A stretch of 64,000 nt of DNA, from assembly GCA_949358305.1 (NCBI GenBank), contig OX442314.1, positions 14,632,001 to 14,696,000 of the forward strand, given 5' to 3'. Both the position numbers and the translations under genes were made by a program. This DNA is from Strigamia acuminata. Its lineage: Eukaryota. The notes beneath the pieces are model-generated. The model was not told the DNA's origin. It did no database searches and worked only from the letters and a program-made list of their open reading frames with translations. Below are positions 1 to 13,264 of the stretch, one piece after another; the first letter of the stretch is position 1, and each line of letters opens with the position of its first letter.

Positions 1-2028
1 ACTTCCCCGTTATGTGTTTCTGGACCAGTTAATTTTTTTTTTCTTTTTTCGAAGTCTTTTTCATAAGTCAAGTGAACTTTGGAGTTCTATTTGATTTGTG
101 AGGCAGAACGAAAACGGTTTATTTTTGCTTGACCAAGTTAGTGATTTTTATGTTACCACTGACCAATAAAGAAATGAAAAATCGTTTTTTTTAAATACTT
201 TATTGTACGTGATTTTTTGAATTTTGAATATAATTTAGGTCAATTAAAACCCGGTAGTGATGCAAATGGATACAAATTGTATTTTCTTTTTTCTCGACTT
301 TTTTGTTGTTGCTGAAATATAAAACCGAGAAAAAATTATCCCAAGGAAGTGATTATTGCTCATATTAATGTTGGTTATGAGTGATCGTTGGGGAAAATAC
401 GTTAATTTATTATCCGTTATCGCCATTTTGTGCAAATTTGGAAAGAAAATGAGAAATTGGTAAGATTAATTGGAGAAATTAAAAAGCAGCTGGAAAGGTT
501 ATCATAATTCCAGGTTTTAGTGGAATTCCTTAACCTTAGATAAATTAAATAAAATTGTCTAAAAGTTACATTTTTTATTTATTAATATTAATTTTTCTCT
601 GAAGACAGACAAACCGAAATTGATCCGACCTTGTAAACAAACCAGTGATTTCCACTTGTATGTTTTCTCCCCTTTACAACGGTTTTGGTTTCTATTTTGT
701 GAATTGCCTGATACTGTTTCTGGCACATCAAAATTTTTTTCTTTTTATTATCTTTATATGATTTTCTTTTTTCTTTTTTTCTTTTTTCTTTCTTTTTTCT
801 TTTGTTTATCTCCTGCACCTCAACTCGATAAATTGATGAGTGATTGGACTTTGTTTTGTTTTATTTACATCTATTCATACACGTTGTTTCTTTCATATTT
901 TTTTCTTCTTCCTGCGTGCCATTTTTTGTTTAGGAACACATTTTCCTTCTTCCTTCATGCAGAACAATCTCTAACAGATTTTTCAATTTTGTTGTCAGTT
1001 TAGGGCTAAATTGTTTGTCTCCAGTAATCTGATAATAACACTTTTAAAAAAAAATAGTGGTTTTGTTTACCAAACTTTTATCTTAACACAAAACGGATTA
1101 AGTTCCCTAAAAAATTTGTTTCATGTGTTCGGAAAAATCGAAACAAAAGACACTTTATAAATTTCCTTCCAAGGTCAAATTACTAAAAATGAACACCCAA
1201 CACTTGAAAATAGAAAGTAGTGATTTACAAATTTATTAGACACGTTTTATCCATTCCAAATATAGATGTACAAATTGAAAAGATTTGGGTGGGTGTGAGA
1301 AAAAGGGGATTTGTGGCGAGACGGCGCGAGATTGGGATTGTAGGTGTGTGAAATCTTGGTCCAAGGCAATATGTTCCACTAAAGTCGTGGGCATCTTAAT
1401 CATATTGCCGTATTTGATCGCATTTCTGTTTTAGCACCATGTTAAGTGTTTGGTTGCACCTTGCATTTAATTTAATACAAATAAACAATTTAATCGGATT
1501 AATCACAACGAGTGTTTAGGCCTAAATTGATTTTGGCTGTAAACTGTATTTTTCGGTTTATTTCCTTCGTGATAGATGTTTTGCTCGGGCACCATGTAAT
1601 TTATTTAATCAGTAGTTAGTTTTTTGGCAGCTGCACGAAAAAGTGCATGTTCCCAACTCGCATTTCGTTTTTGAAGAAGCAATTCCTTGCGTTATTTATT
1701 TTGTTTTAAAATCACGCAGCCCAATACTGTGGGAAATGACTAAGAAATGTTTTTTTTTTCCTTGTTATTTATTAAATGTCATAGTTTATTTCAATGTAAA
1801 TTTTTAACCAGATGCAGCAAGCTTCTGATATCCGTATCATTTCCTCCAATTTTTATTCGCCGAATTTATTTTAATGTTGCAATAACTTGTTATTATTTTT
1901 AATTTTATTAATGTTGTTATTAGGAAATCAACAATTATAATTATTATTATTTTAAAGTATAAGAATTTTTGAAATTGACTATTATTATTAATTTTTGTTT
2001 ATTTTAATCTTGTGTTTTGCTTTTTCAG

Positions 2029-5000
2029 GTGGTGTGTATCAGCTGTAATGACTCGCCAAAACCATATACCATCTCCAGATGGCAGCACGCTGTTATTGGC
2101 ATTAGTGCCTATGTGGGACATGTGTAATCACACTAATGGCAAGGTACTACTTTTCAACACTTCCTGTATTCATTTAAATACTGACAACACTTTTTTTTTT
2201 ATTGTTACTTTATTTTATTACTTTATTTGCACTGCATATAAAAAGTCAGTGAACTTTTTAAATATTTTTTTTTTAATTTTTGAAATTCTTTTTTATTCTA
2301 GCTGTCAACTGATTTCAATATCCAAGAAGATCAATTAGAAAGTTTTGCATTTCGTTCATTTGATGCCGACGAACAGGTACCAAAATCCATAAGATCTATT
2401 ATGGCCATTGCGATTTCCGATGACCCTAATAGCTCATCATAAAATAAATATTCCATAAAATTTATTTTTCTTTTTTCATATCTATAGGTGTTTATTTACT
2501 ATGGATCTCGTCCAAACTCGGAGTTGTTAGTTCATAACGGATTTGTTTATCCCGATAATCCCTTTGATACTATTCCCGTCTATTTAGGTAAACATTACCT
2601 AAACTTATATTTTTTTATTGGTTTAACTTTAAAAATCCAACTCATCGCTTGTAATCAAACACCATCATAACATTTTGCAATTGCTGAACCTTAATTACTC
2701 GCAATTATTTTTAATCTTTGGCTTAGTTAATTGGACAAACTGACAAGAGTTCATTTGTTGTTTGTGTTTAGAATTGCGCAAAGCCGACCCCTCATACGAA
2801 AGAAAAGCCGATTTGATGGACAGACTCGGGCTTCCGAAGTAAGTCCTCTTTTTCAATCTTGTGAATATACATTTTTTTCGTACCAGACTGCACCTTAAAG
2901 GCGTTAATTGATTATCGATACCATAACTGTGTCCGCAACTTGTTGTGGTTTCAGCAGCGTAGCAGTTGCTTTCGGAATGTAATTGATTTGCTCGTCTCTG
3001 ATTGCGGTGGGGAAGCAATTAATTTGTAAGGTTTCACTGACCTGGTCGAGTAATTGGTAACGGGTGTAATAGTGTGACAGCAAACTATTGGCCGATACTT
3101 GATAGATAATTACATTACGCTATCAATTAAACACCTATTCTATTATTTGTTTAGGCTTGGAGCAATTACCATGCTTATTTATTTTGTTATTTCATGTAAA
3201 CATTGTGCTTTATTACAGCCCAAATTTCGATTGCGGTGTGTAGATGTAACCAATACGGTTTATTTTTTTAGGGGCGCAGATTTGAATGTATCTGCAAACA
3301 ATGGCGCATTGCTCATGCGCACAAGTTAATGTCAAAACAGTTACGCAGTTTAAACATGCTTTTTTTGCAAGTTTAAATTTATTCCATTCAAAGTGCTGTC
3401 TAAAACGTGCATATAGACTGGTTTAAATCAGCTAAACCTGTCTAAATGACTTTTTCGAATGCGGAGAGGTTTTTTGAACCGAATGGTAGTGAATGAGGCA
3501 AAGTATGTGTCATTTTTTATTGTCAATTGACCCACTTAGGAAGTACATCAAAAATCCCCATTATCGATTTGTCATTTACGTCAAGTAAAATGAACTGCCT
3601 GTCTTCAGACTAATACCTGATCTGCATATCAGCTAACACCATTATTTTGAATGGTTTTGAGTTGTTTTTGACGAAAATAATTTCATCTTTAGGTTTCTAA
3701 TTACGATATTGAGAGAAAAGTTTAATTAGTTGTCGTATCACTTGGTTTTTTACCGAACGTCGATGTTTTAAAGTTGCCGAGTAAAAAAAAAATAAATAAA
3801 TAAAAAAAATTGGATGGAATATTAAATTGTAAAAGCCACCACACTTGAAAGATTTAAGCGGGTGTCTATGCATACATGGCACCTCGAGCTCTGCAAACCT
3901 TTTTCACTTGGCTCTTGAGTGATCGAACATGTCTTTGGGTTACCAAAGAAAACGAAGTGTGTGTTGACTATAAATTTTTTTCCTTTAGCTTGTCGTGTGT
4001 TAATTTGATTCGCAGGAATATGCAGGAAAATTAAATGAGTGCTTTTCATCAGACATGTGTTTGTTTAATTTCTCTGAATTTTGTAAAAATTAAGTCTTAA
4101 TGTTTTCTTTAAAGTCGCGTGCTTTAAATTTGTTCTTCAAATTATGTTTGCCCAGAAATGGAAGTCGGCAGGTTTGAAAATTCAATACGAAGTGTAATTT
4201 ACTTAACAGATTGGGATTGTCTAAATGTAAATTTTATTTAATATCGAAACTTTCCAAAAAAGCGACGCCGTTTAGTCAGAAAAATAAACAAAAATGTGGA
4301 AAAGTCGGAAAATTATTCTTTAATTACTAATTTGCATTTTGAATGCTTTTATTTGATCTAATAAAACACTACACCGCAATTAATAAAATTTACTTATATT
4401 TTACAGATACGGTTACTTCACATTAGATAAATGCCCAATAGATGGAACCTTATTGGCATTCCATAGGATATGTGCTATGAATGAAGGTATAATACCAAAT
4501 AATGCCAATTAAAGAACCAAATGCACTTTGTTGCTAGTAAATATTGCGCTAGAAAATGTCTGTTTAATTCCGACGACAGTTTAGACGCAGTAATTATTAG
4601 CAATCATTGCATTTGTTGTTTCAGCCGGAATTAGATGATAAATATTAATTGTACATTCAGATGTCCTGCAGAACTGTGTTCGAAACGGGCAATGGCATCG
4701 ACTTGAAGAATCGGATATTAATGTTGATCCTAAGGTTGAGCGTTTATGCTGGAAATTACTGCACGCACGAATTCAACATCTGTTAAGCTCTTGCTCTACC
4801 ACACAAATGGTAGGAAATTTCACATGTTTCGAGTTGTAAACTCATTACGGTATTACCGTCTCCGTGCATTGTTAATTTCAAAAGTGCGTTACCACGCGCG
4901 TCAAAGAAATTACCTCGCGGTATTTACACTTATTAGGTTAGTAAGGAGAGTGCGGATTGTTTGGACAGCACTGTAAACAATGCAAGTTGGTATTTTATTA

Positions 5001-8000
5001 AGTGGTAAACTCTCTTAACGCGCCTAGAACAAATATTTTAACGAAGTTTTGGTTCATGTGGTTGTAGCAAACTGAGATGCAAAAGCGAGGTTTTCTTAGT
5101 TTAGCCACATTAATGAGATCAGGTGACAAGTTAAAAGCACAGCGAAAGATCAAAAGAATTGAGCGTGAAAGTAAAAGTTACATTTATCCATTTTGCAAGT
5201 GCAATTTAATTAATACGTTTGAAATTGCACACTCGAATCGAACGGAATGTTAGTTAACTTCTTTGGTGACTTCTCGAGGGAATCATTTATCAATTAGAAT
5301 GTAATGTAAATCTCGTGTACTTTGAACAAAATAAGTTTATAGCATACCGGTAGTCTATTTTGAATTCCTCAAAGTATTTACCATTTCTGTTAATTAGCAA
5401 AGAAAAGAAAGTGTTTACGTTTTAAAGTCTCGACAATCTATTTTAAGCGAGAGTTGGCATCTTTAAATAGAGTGAACCTAAATCACAGGCGACAACATTT
5501 CCCAAAATAACATTAAAACATGTTTATTCGGAAGTAATTTGAGCACTTGTCAGAAACAATTACTTCTTTCTTCACTTGGGGAACTTTTCTAGTTTTGATT
5601 AAGGCGTTTGCATAGGACCCTTGGTACAACAGTGGGTGAATTTTTTTTGCTAGATTTGTTTCGTACCCTTTTGGGAACCCCATGGTCGGACGGGTTATAA
5701 AAAGAGAACTTTTTAGCTGCTCAATTCCACTTACTCCCATAAGTTTAGGCACAAAAGTTTAAGGAATCGTAAAATGTTAGTTTTTCTGTCGCTATTAATC
5801 ATCAAGTTTATAAAACAAAATGTAATTATGAGGGGGAACAGGACAACTATAAAGTGTGAGTTTTTAATATACTTCGTCTGTGTGATCTATGTTCTTTTCT
5901 ACACACTATTTCTATTTTTAAAATGATTATTATAACCTCGCTTCGGCTTGAAATTATTTACCTTTTCTAAACAAAAGAAATTCTAACATATTTTTTTTTA
6001 AAGCTTATTATCAAACAAATCATTTTCTGTTTAAATTAATTGATAAAATCCAGTGCGTAAATCTTTGCTTTGATGATTGATGCGGGTATCAGCTCGAGTT
6101 GAAGCTCATCTCGTAAAATTTGGTCTCTACTTTCTATTGGAATATTAAAGTTTGGTGGTGATATGAATTGAACCAGGAACTCATTTTATTCTCGTAGTAG
6201 TGAGCCCATTTCTATTGAGGAGCTTTTCGTGTAGGATGAATCTGGTTTGCTTTCTTTTCACCTTGTTATGGATCGAGCTGATGCCAAAGGAAATTGAAGG
6301 ATTCAATTGTGTCCGTTTAATACTAAAACCTGCAAAAATGGCGGGGATGGGAAAACTCGAGCATATGGGTGGATTCAATCGTGGGAAATTGAGAGCAATA
6401 TAAAAGTTCAATTTAATTCTCTACATTACAAAAAATTGGCAACCATAAATTGCTTTAAAAACATAGACAATTTCCCGACGTGAGTTTTTCAACTGTTTGC
6501 TACTTATTTTTAATAAAAGAAAAAATAATAATTTTTAATTTTGACGTTTATTCATGTATTCTAGACATTTTTAAGCACTGCTCAATAAAAAGTAATGGAA
6601 TCCACAATATTGTGGTTTTCATAAATTTTATCACGTTTGTAATAGCAGATGAAAAAAAAAATCCAATAAGGAAGGCGCGTGTAAGCGGAAAAAATAGAAT
6701 ACCAACACGTTATCTAGCGAAACGACAGATAAAAATGGTGTCTCCAACGGGAGCGAGAAAGAAATATTAGTCTTAATCATATTTTGTTAAAAGCTAATAA
6801 TTCTCTTTGTCCATTCCACTTGAGCAATTCGGGTTAATAATTGAACAAAACACGCTTTTACTGGATTAAATATAAATAGAAGTTTGAGCTTTGGAAAGTA
6901 AATATTTGCGTGTGCAAATATAAAAATCTGGTTTAAATGGCTACCGATGCAGAAATTCTGCACATTTCTTTTAAACTGCCATTTTTAGATATCAGAAATG
7001 GGCATCTAGAATAAAAATTTGCATTTGTATACTTTTCTTTTTATCCCGTGGCATCTGATTCAGCATCCTATTGTGGATTTACGGGGGCAGTGGCACAAAA
7101 AGTATTGTGTGGTCGACGGGTCTGAGTTCAGAGACATTTTGAATAATGAAATGGCCATTTTATTCGTTGCTGGTGGGAAAGCTGAGATGTTGATTCCACC
7201 TACTTTATTAACGTAATGGTATTTCTGACAAGTAATGGACGCTTTTCTAGTTGACATGGTCTTCTACTTTGGGGGCTTAGGTGCGAAGTGGAAAGGTTAA
7301 CAATGGGACGTGGGGGATACACGTTTATCACTGTAGATCTAAAAATATCTGTAAAGTATTTTTTTGGCTTTTTTTGTGGTTCGATTCGTAGAAAATTAAA
7401 AAAAAAACTATTCGTGATGCTTGCAATTATTAATAACTAGGAACCTTCGATCGTATGAAATGTCGATAAAATATTCACGATATGACTCGCAGAATCTGCA
7501 TGACGGAAACAATAACTTCCGGTACAGCTTCTCGCACAACGTTGACGCATTAGCGGCATAATGTTCTACTTTGTTATCTCGGAATTTATTTGGTTGAATT
7601 TTGCGCAACCAACTTTTTCCTTCATCTAGATTTTACTTTTAAAGTTACATTTCAATGATTAAAACAGAATAGAGTCGATGAGACCTAATCACCATCACTA
7701 GATTTATGAATCTAAATTGGTACTTCCGTCTTGTTTTGATCCGATTTTATGACTAAAACAAGGTAAAGTTGATGTGAGGTTTGGAGTGCATCCATCATCA
7801 CATTTAATTCCATTTCTCTGCTGTATAAATCACTCATTTAAACAAATTTTTAACTTACAATTCATACGAGAAAACCTATTTCTCTATAACGTTGGCAGAT
7901 ATTGACAATTAATTAACTTTTAATATTAGTTTAGATTTTAAAATAAAAATATTCTGATAAGTGATAATTTATGGTTTAACATTTAACCTAGACGGATAGA

Positions 8001-11000
8001 AATACCAATTGCTAAACGTAATGAATCCATTGTCGTATTGAGGGGCAGAGGTCGGTAACCCGAAGGGATGATGGGAAAAAGGTCATCATCATCGGGGCGG
8101 GTGTGTCGGGAGACCGTGATGTCGAAGAAGAAGTCGTTGGGAAAGTGGTGTATAAGATCTGCATCCCATTCGAGATAGTGTAATTAGTTCCTTGCGACTG
8201 ACTGGAGAATGCAGATAGCCAGAACAAGGGCTGTTGGCCTAGGGAATTGCATGCCATGTAGTGGAATTGAACGACCAGCCAAAAACAAGATTGAGGTTTA
8301 CGTTAAAGACATTAAAGAAAGATCAAGGATAGTCCAACTGAGAGATTTATTTTTATTTTGTGTTTCTTTAGTTCGACTAATAGACTATTAATATTACTAG
8401 AGTGGTCTGAAGTCGTAAAGATGGTAGATGAATGGAGAAGAGAGGTAGAGAGTGACCCCGATGAATCTTAGAAAGAAAAATCTTTAATTTCTTATGAAAC
8501 AAGCAACAACCAACAAAACTTATCTGCTGAACAGATTCTTTACTTTTCTATTAATGAAGTTATTGGTAGAAAAGTTGTGAGTGCACTGGCAAACAATGAT
8601 ACCTGGCTGCAAGCCAGGTAGTTAGCTTCGACCTCTGATTATTAAAGAGCAATTTTTTAACTTTTGGGGGCCATTTGCCAGTAAGAATTTGAGAGTCTCT
8701 AATTGTAGATGCATCATAATCTATTGTGTTAAAAAATTACAGAAATTAATGTTTATAAGAGCAAATATTTCAACTTTAATTGTTTTTTATTATTAGTTAC
8801 TTTTCTGCAATTTGGGGGCTTCTGAAACCCTGCAGCTTCATTAAGAAATTATTAGCATTTATCGGCAATTTAGTTTTGTTCAAACATTTATTTTTAATTG
8901 CTGGCAGTTGCAGCGTCCAGTTTAAAATATGGAGCCATTACAGCAGATGTCAATGGAACAGTGTACAACGATTTGGTTAATTAGCTAATTAACCCTGAAA
9001 GATAATGCAAGTTATCTCTGTCTCCAGCTTCAGACTCAGGAATTACTTTTAGCTTTTTCAGCGACTATCAACCCACACAGCACACCCATTCCCAAAATAA
9101 ATAAATTTCTCTATCTGTTGTGTACATAGGTCATCCTCAGGCATTTCCTGCATGTCATTATTAACCTTGTCTACTATATCAGTTGCAATTCTTTGCTTCA
9201 ACAAATCTATTGCTTTTTCTGATAGCCTATACTATCTACCAGTTCTCTGATTCCCTTACAAATAATAACTATTTGGGTCACTAACCATTTGACATCTACG
9301 AGCTCGTAACTTTGTAAAATCTGACCAACACAACATAGATAAAACCACCTCATCCGTGTGGCCAGACATCAAGTTAGCTGATCGTTTACCTGACAAGCAC
9401 AAATGAATTATTTGGCTGCACAAAACAGCAACTAACTGGGCAACTAATCTGAAACACCGCATTAGAGGTTTTAGACCTTTTTTCTCGGTTCTGGTTTGCT
9501 GTTAGGGTTATTTGGGAATGTCCAAACAAAAAAAAATTTTAGACCTTGTTTTGTTTTATCTAATGCTGACCGGTCACACTTAAAAATTGTAATCGGTTTC
9601 TTTTTGCCAGTTAAGTGTCCAATCTACCGTAAAGAAGAAAAAAGTTGTTGAATGTTTACACTCTCATCGTGTCTGTTTAAATGTGTTGACGTTACTGTTT
9701 CAGCGGTGTTAGCGCCACAGACACAGACTTTTTCTGGATGTGACATCACACTGATTAACACGACACAGTTAAAGCAATTAAAATGGGTTTTTTGGAGTGT
9801 AGCTACTAACTATTCATTACATCCTGCAAAAAATTATTTAAAATATTGATTCGGGCAGCGAAATATCTTAATGGAGCATCTTGACGGAGCTGTGCGTGGG
9901 ATCAATTGTTTCAATGACTGCTGGTGCTTCCAAACTGTCGTATTATTTCCATCTGTGAATTATCTTAACCAGACACATTTTAAAAAGTTTGATACGTGCT
10001 CCTGTTAACTGGTTGCAGCAGTCGTGATAGAAATTTGTTTCGTATTACCTACATTTTGATAAAGTTTATTATTTATAGTAATTCGATGAAATTGTTTATG
10101 TTATGGCAGCCATGGGGGATGATTTCTTTCTTGCCATTCGTTCAGGCCTACTAAGAACTAGATAACACTCGTGTCTGGGTGTTGCAGGAAATCTGATTTG
10201 TGTCAAATTAATCTAGCCATTGGGACTCGTTTTTTCCCAATTCGAGTTTGTTGGTTTTCTAATCGAATTTTTTTTTTAATCAAATCTTACAATGGTCAAA
10301 CTGATTCAATATCAAAACGTAAAGATACGAGTGGAATATTCCACAGTCCACACAATAGAAGTAAAAAAAATTGTTTCATTTATTTTCTAAATGAAAAACT
10401 ATCAACCATTGGAAATAAAGCACAGTATATGCTCACAGGGTGTTCACTTTAAAGTGTTTGCAGTCAAATACTTCTGCGACTAAGTAGTAATCACAAATTG
10501 TGTTCACGAATCTAGAGTAAACGGGGGATGGGCAATTCATTAAACAACACAAATTTGAGTTTTAAACAATGCATCATGGTTGTTCGCATTGTAACTTAAA
10601 AAGTAACAACACAATCTGAAAAATACCAATTGTAAAGTTGTAGAGCATTATTTTTTTAATCGGAAACTATTAAAATAATTTTTTTTTCTACAAAATTATT
10701 GAAAAAAACACATTTAACAGTTTTCATGTTTCTCAAATTTTAGATTCGTTTCTATTGCTAAATAAGAATCACAGCAAGTTGCCAATTGGTAACTCATGAT
10801 ATGATGCAAAATGAATTTGATAGCATCTTGACTACCGGTAGGTTACAAGCATGCATTACTTCAGGTAATAAGTTGATTAAATTAATATACAAAAAAATTT
10901 CATTTAGCAATAAAAGCAAGTCTAAAATTTCAGAAAAATGAAGACTGTTAAATGTGTTTTTTTTCCATAATTTTGTCGGAAAATAAATTTTGATTTTAAC

Positions 11001-12463
11001 AGTTTCCAATTAAATAAATAATGCTCTACAACTTTGCAATTGGCATTTTTCAGATTGCATCGTTACTTTTTAAGTTACAATGCGAACAACCATGATGCAT
11101 TGTTTTAAACTCAAATTTGTGTTGCTTAATGAATTGCCCATCCCCTGTTCACTCTAGATTCGTGAATATAATCTGTGATTACTACTTAGTTGAAGAAATA
11201 TTTGACTACAAACAACTTTAAAGTGAACACCCTGCATACATTGCATCTGAGTAGAACATTAGTGTTCTTCCAAGATTACACTTAGGGTAAGGTACTGCAG
11301 GGTGTTTATTTATTACTTAAAGCTTACTTAAGCTTACTTCAGTTTTTTCTTGTTCTTTTGTTGAATTTTCTTCATCTAATTTAAATATCAAATTTACGTT
11401 AGATGCATTTAATTTGACGAACTGAAAGTACCTTTTGGTACTCTTTCCTTTTGTTCCTTTTAGTTGCGGATATGATGTAAAAAATATGTCATCACTTGCA
11501 AAAGGAAAATCCCAAAGGGGACCAATGGGGTCACTCTTCTTCCTTTTGCATTTTCCTTTTGAGATCTACGTATGCGGTATGCATTAGTCACCGCATTAAC
11601 AGGGCACTGCTACAAATGTGTTTTAACATGTTTTAACAGAAATTTATTTATTCATTTATCTGGTTGTCCTTTACAAGAATTAAGCGCATTCATTCAAAAG
11701 TATGTACATTTTCTTCCCTATGGAAAAAGAAGAAAAGAAAGGGTTTTACTTTTCTTCCTAAAAAGAAAAGTAAAGGTTTTATTTTTCTTTTCGAAATTGA
11801 ACGTTAATACATTGCAGTGAAGTCGTTTCTGCAGCATAAGGGGTTTCCGCCCCTTATGCTTCAGAATCGTATTGTTAGACTCGCATGGTTCAATCTTTGC
11901 TGTCAACCTTTTTTGCATCTAACGCTTCGATAGACCCTTGCAGTCAGATGATTGCTGCGATCAATCGAATTGCTGCCTCGAGTGTGACAGTTTTAGTATA
12001 TAGGCAGCTTCGTGTGAAGTATCACAGTGACAGCGTCATTGACAATGAAAAATAAAACTAGGAACTTAAGTTGGTTAAACGGAGCAATTTTTCAACGCAA
12101 TGTTAATATTAAAGGGTGTATGCCGACATGACTTAAACTTTACTGCTGAGATTTGTAGGATGATAATCGTTGCAATAAAAGTTTTGCACGGTGTATTAAG
12201 TGGGTTAATGAATAGAAATGTTCGTTCCTTCCAAAATATAAAAATATTGAACTGTGTTCGTTTGTGTCATCCAGACGTAAGCTTATATTGACTTGTGACA
12301 TTACATGTTTTCAACGTTTCTTCTCTTGTTTTGTATGCAGGAAGATGCGGCGACTGACTTGTCACCACATACACAGATGGCCATTTTATTGAGGCAGTCG
12401 GAAAGGAAAATCCTTGAAGCAGCTCTTCATTTCGTTGTTATTAAAGAGAATATGCAAGTCTAA
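2029..12463 (+). CDS. SETD3: SETD3 actin-histidine N-methyltransferase, 3' part (5' exons lie upstream of the window)
   Basis: Phase-compatible GT-AG exons: 2029-2143 (WCVSAVMTRQNHIP...ALVPMWDMCNHTNGK), 2302-2376, 2488-2587 (VFIYYGSRPNSELLVHNGFVYPDN), 2772-2838, 4407-4486, 4661-4809 and 12341-12463 (EDAATDLSPHTQMAILLRQSERKILEAAL...TAA). The MTRQN, DMCNH and IYYG.R.N.ELLVHNGF motifs are typical of SETD3. AATAAA follows at about 12731. Confidence 0.93.
7060..8470 (-). mobile_element. Highly degraded non-LTR retrotransposon (LINE) relic in the last SETD3 intron
   Basis: The minus strand near 8470 reads LRFIGVTLYLSS, like the RT-thumb motif 'KFLGVTLD'. The minus ORF 7060-7257 contains TTQYFLCHCP, like the LINE C-terminal 'TVxHFLxxCP' knuckle. 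The two pieces are in the right order but are interrupted by many stops. Confidence 0.4.
9150..9420 (+). mobile_element. Possible RNase H relic of an I-group LINE
   Basis: Fragments translate to SIAFSDSLYYL (compare 'IFSDSLSAL') and VWPDIKLADRL (compare 'W.P.H...GNE.AD.LAK'). The match is degenerate. Confidence 0.3.
10436..11234. mobile_element. Non-autonomous Tc1/mariner-type element (MITE) with about 215 bp terminal inverted repeats
   Basis: 10436-~10652 (CAGGGTGTTCACTTTAAAGTGTTTGCAGTCAAATA...GTTGTAGAGCATTATT) is the near-exact reverse complement of ~11017-11234 (AATAATGCTCTACAAC...TTTAAAGTGAACACCCTG). CAGGGTG termini are typical of Tc1/mariner. The interior has no transposase. Confidence 0.9.
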
Positions 12464-12970
12464 CCAATACGTGCGGTTTAGTTGTTAATGACTTTGTCAT
12501 TGCTGATACGAGTGTGCTGTTTATGATATTGCTTTAGTAGTTTTAATTTAATTTTTGGAAATAACTTAGCTATGAATTATCCAATTCCAAACTGACAGTT
12601 TATAAACCTGAGAAAATCGCATTTTTGCTGGCTGAAGTTTCACAAATGGAATTTGAGGTATTTCAATTGATTTTTTTTTCAAATGAACAAAGAAACATTG
12701 TGTGTAATGATTTTATTACTGTAGTAGCAGAATAAAAATCTAGTAAATTTCTAAAAGAATTTACCATAAGTCTACAAAGTATAAAAAGGTGGAGTGAGAT
12801 TTATTTTTCTTTTCTGTTCAAAAAAAGTTGAAGTTGATAAGCCCATTAGTTTTCTTTTCCGTCCACTGCACGCTTAAATTTGTCACTAAGTCAAACAAAT
12901 CTTGCTGACAAGCAATTTACAGTAGCCTAGTCGTACCTGTATTACCCGAATAAAATATTATTTACGTGTA

Positions 12971-13260
12971 CAGGGTGTATCAAAATTCATGTTGCACAGA
13001 AATAGGGGGTATAGAGGGAGACGAGGAGATCACGTTTCCACTAATCAAAAATTCCAAAAAAAAATTTCCACTAAGTCACAGCCCCCAAAACAATGGAAGA
13101 TTTCAAATATCGTGCGTCACGCATATCGCCCGTCCCACATATCGCCCACGTTTGCCAGGTTAAAGCTCAATTCTCAAATAAAAACACACAAACTGATCAT
13201 TTTAATGTTAAAGAATCACAAAAAAACCAAAAAATCTGGGAAAACTAAAACAACAACTCC
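12971..13260. mobile_element. Terminal fragment of a Tc1/mariner-type element
   Basis: TA|CAGGGTGTATCAAAATTC is a typical TA target plus TIR start. It abuts the truncated 3' end of the Tc1 transposase. I found no matching partner TIR in the window. Confidence 0.5.
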
Positions 13261-13264
13261 TTTT

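Noticed and set aside
588..1003. Lys-rich and Phe-rich ORFs
   Set aside because: They come from T-rich low-complexity intronic sequence.
6574..10370. Weak inverted similarity between about 6650-6740 and 10190-10280
   Set aside because: Too diverged and A-rich to support by eye. It would need an alignment with significance testing.
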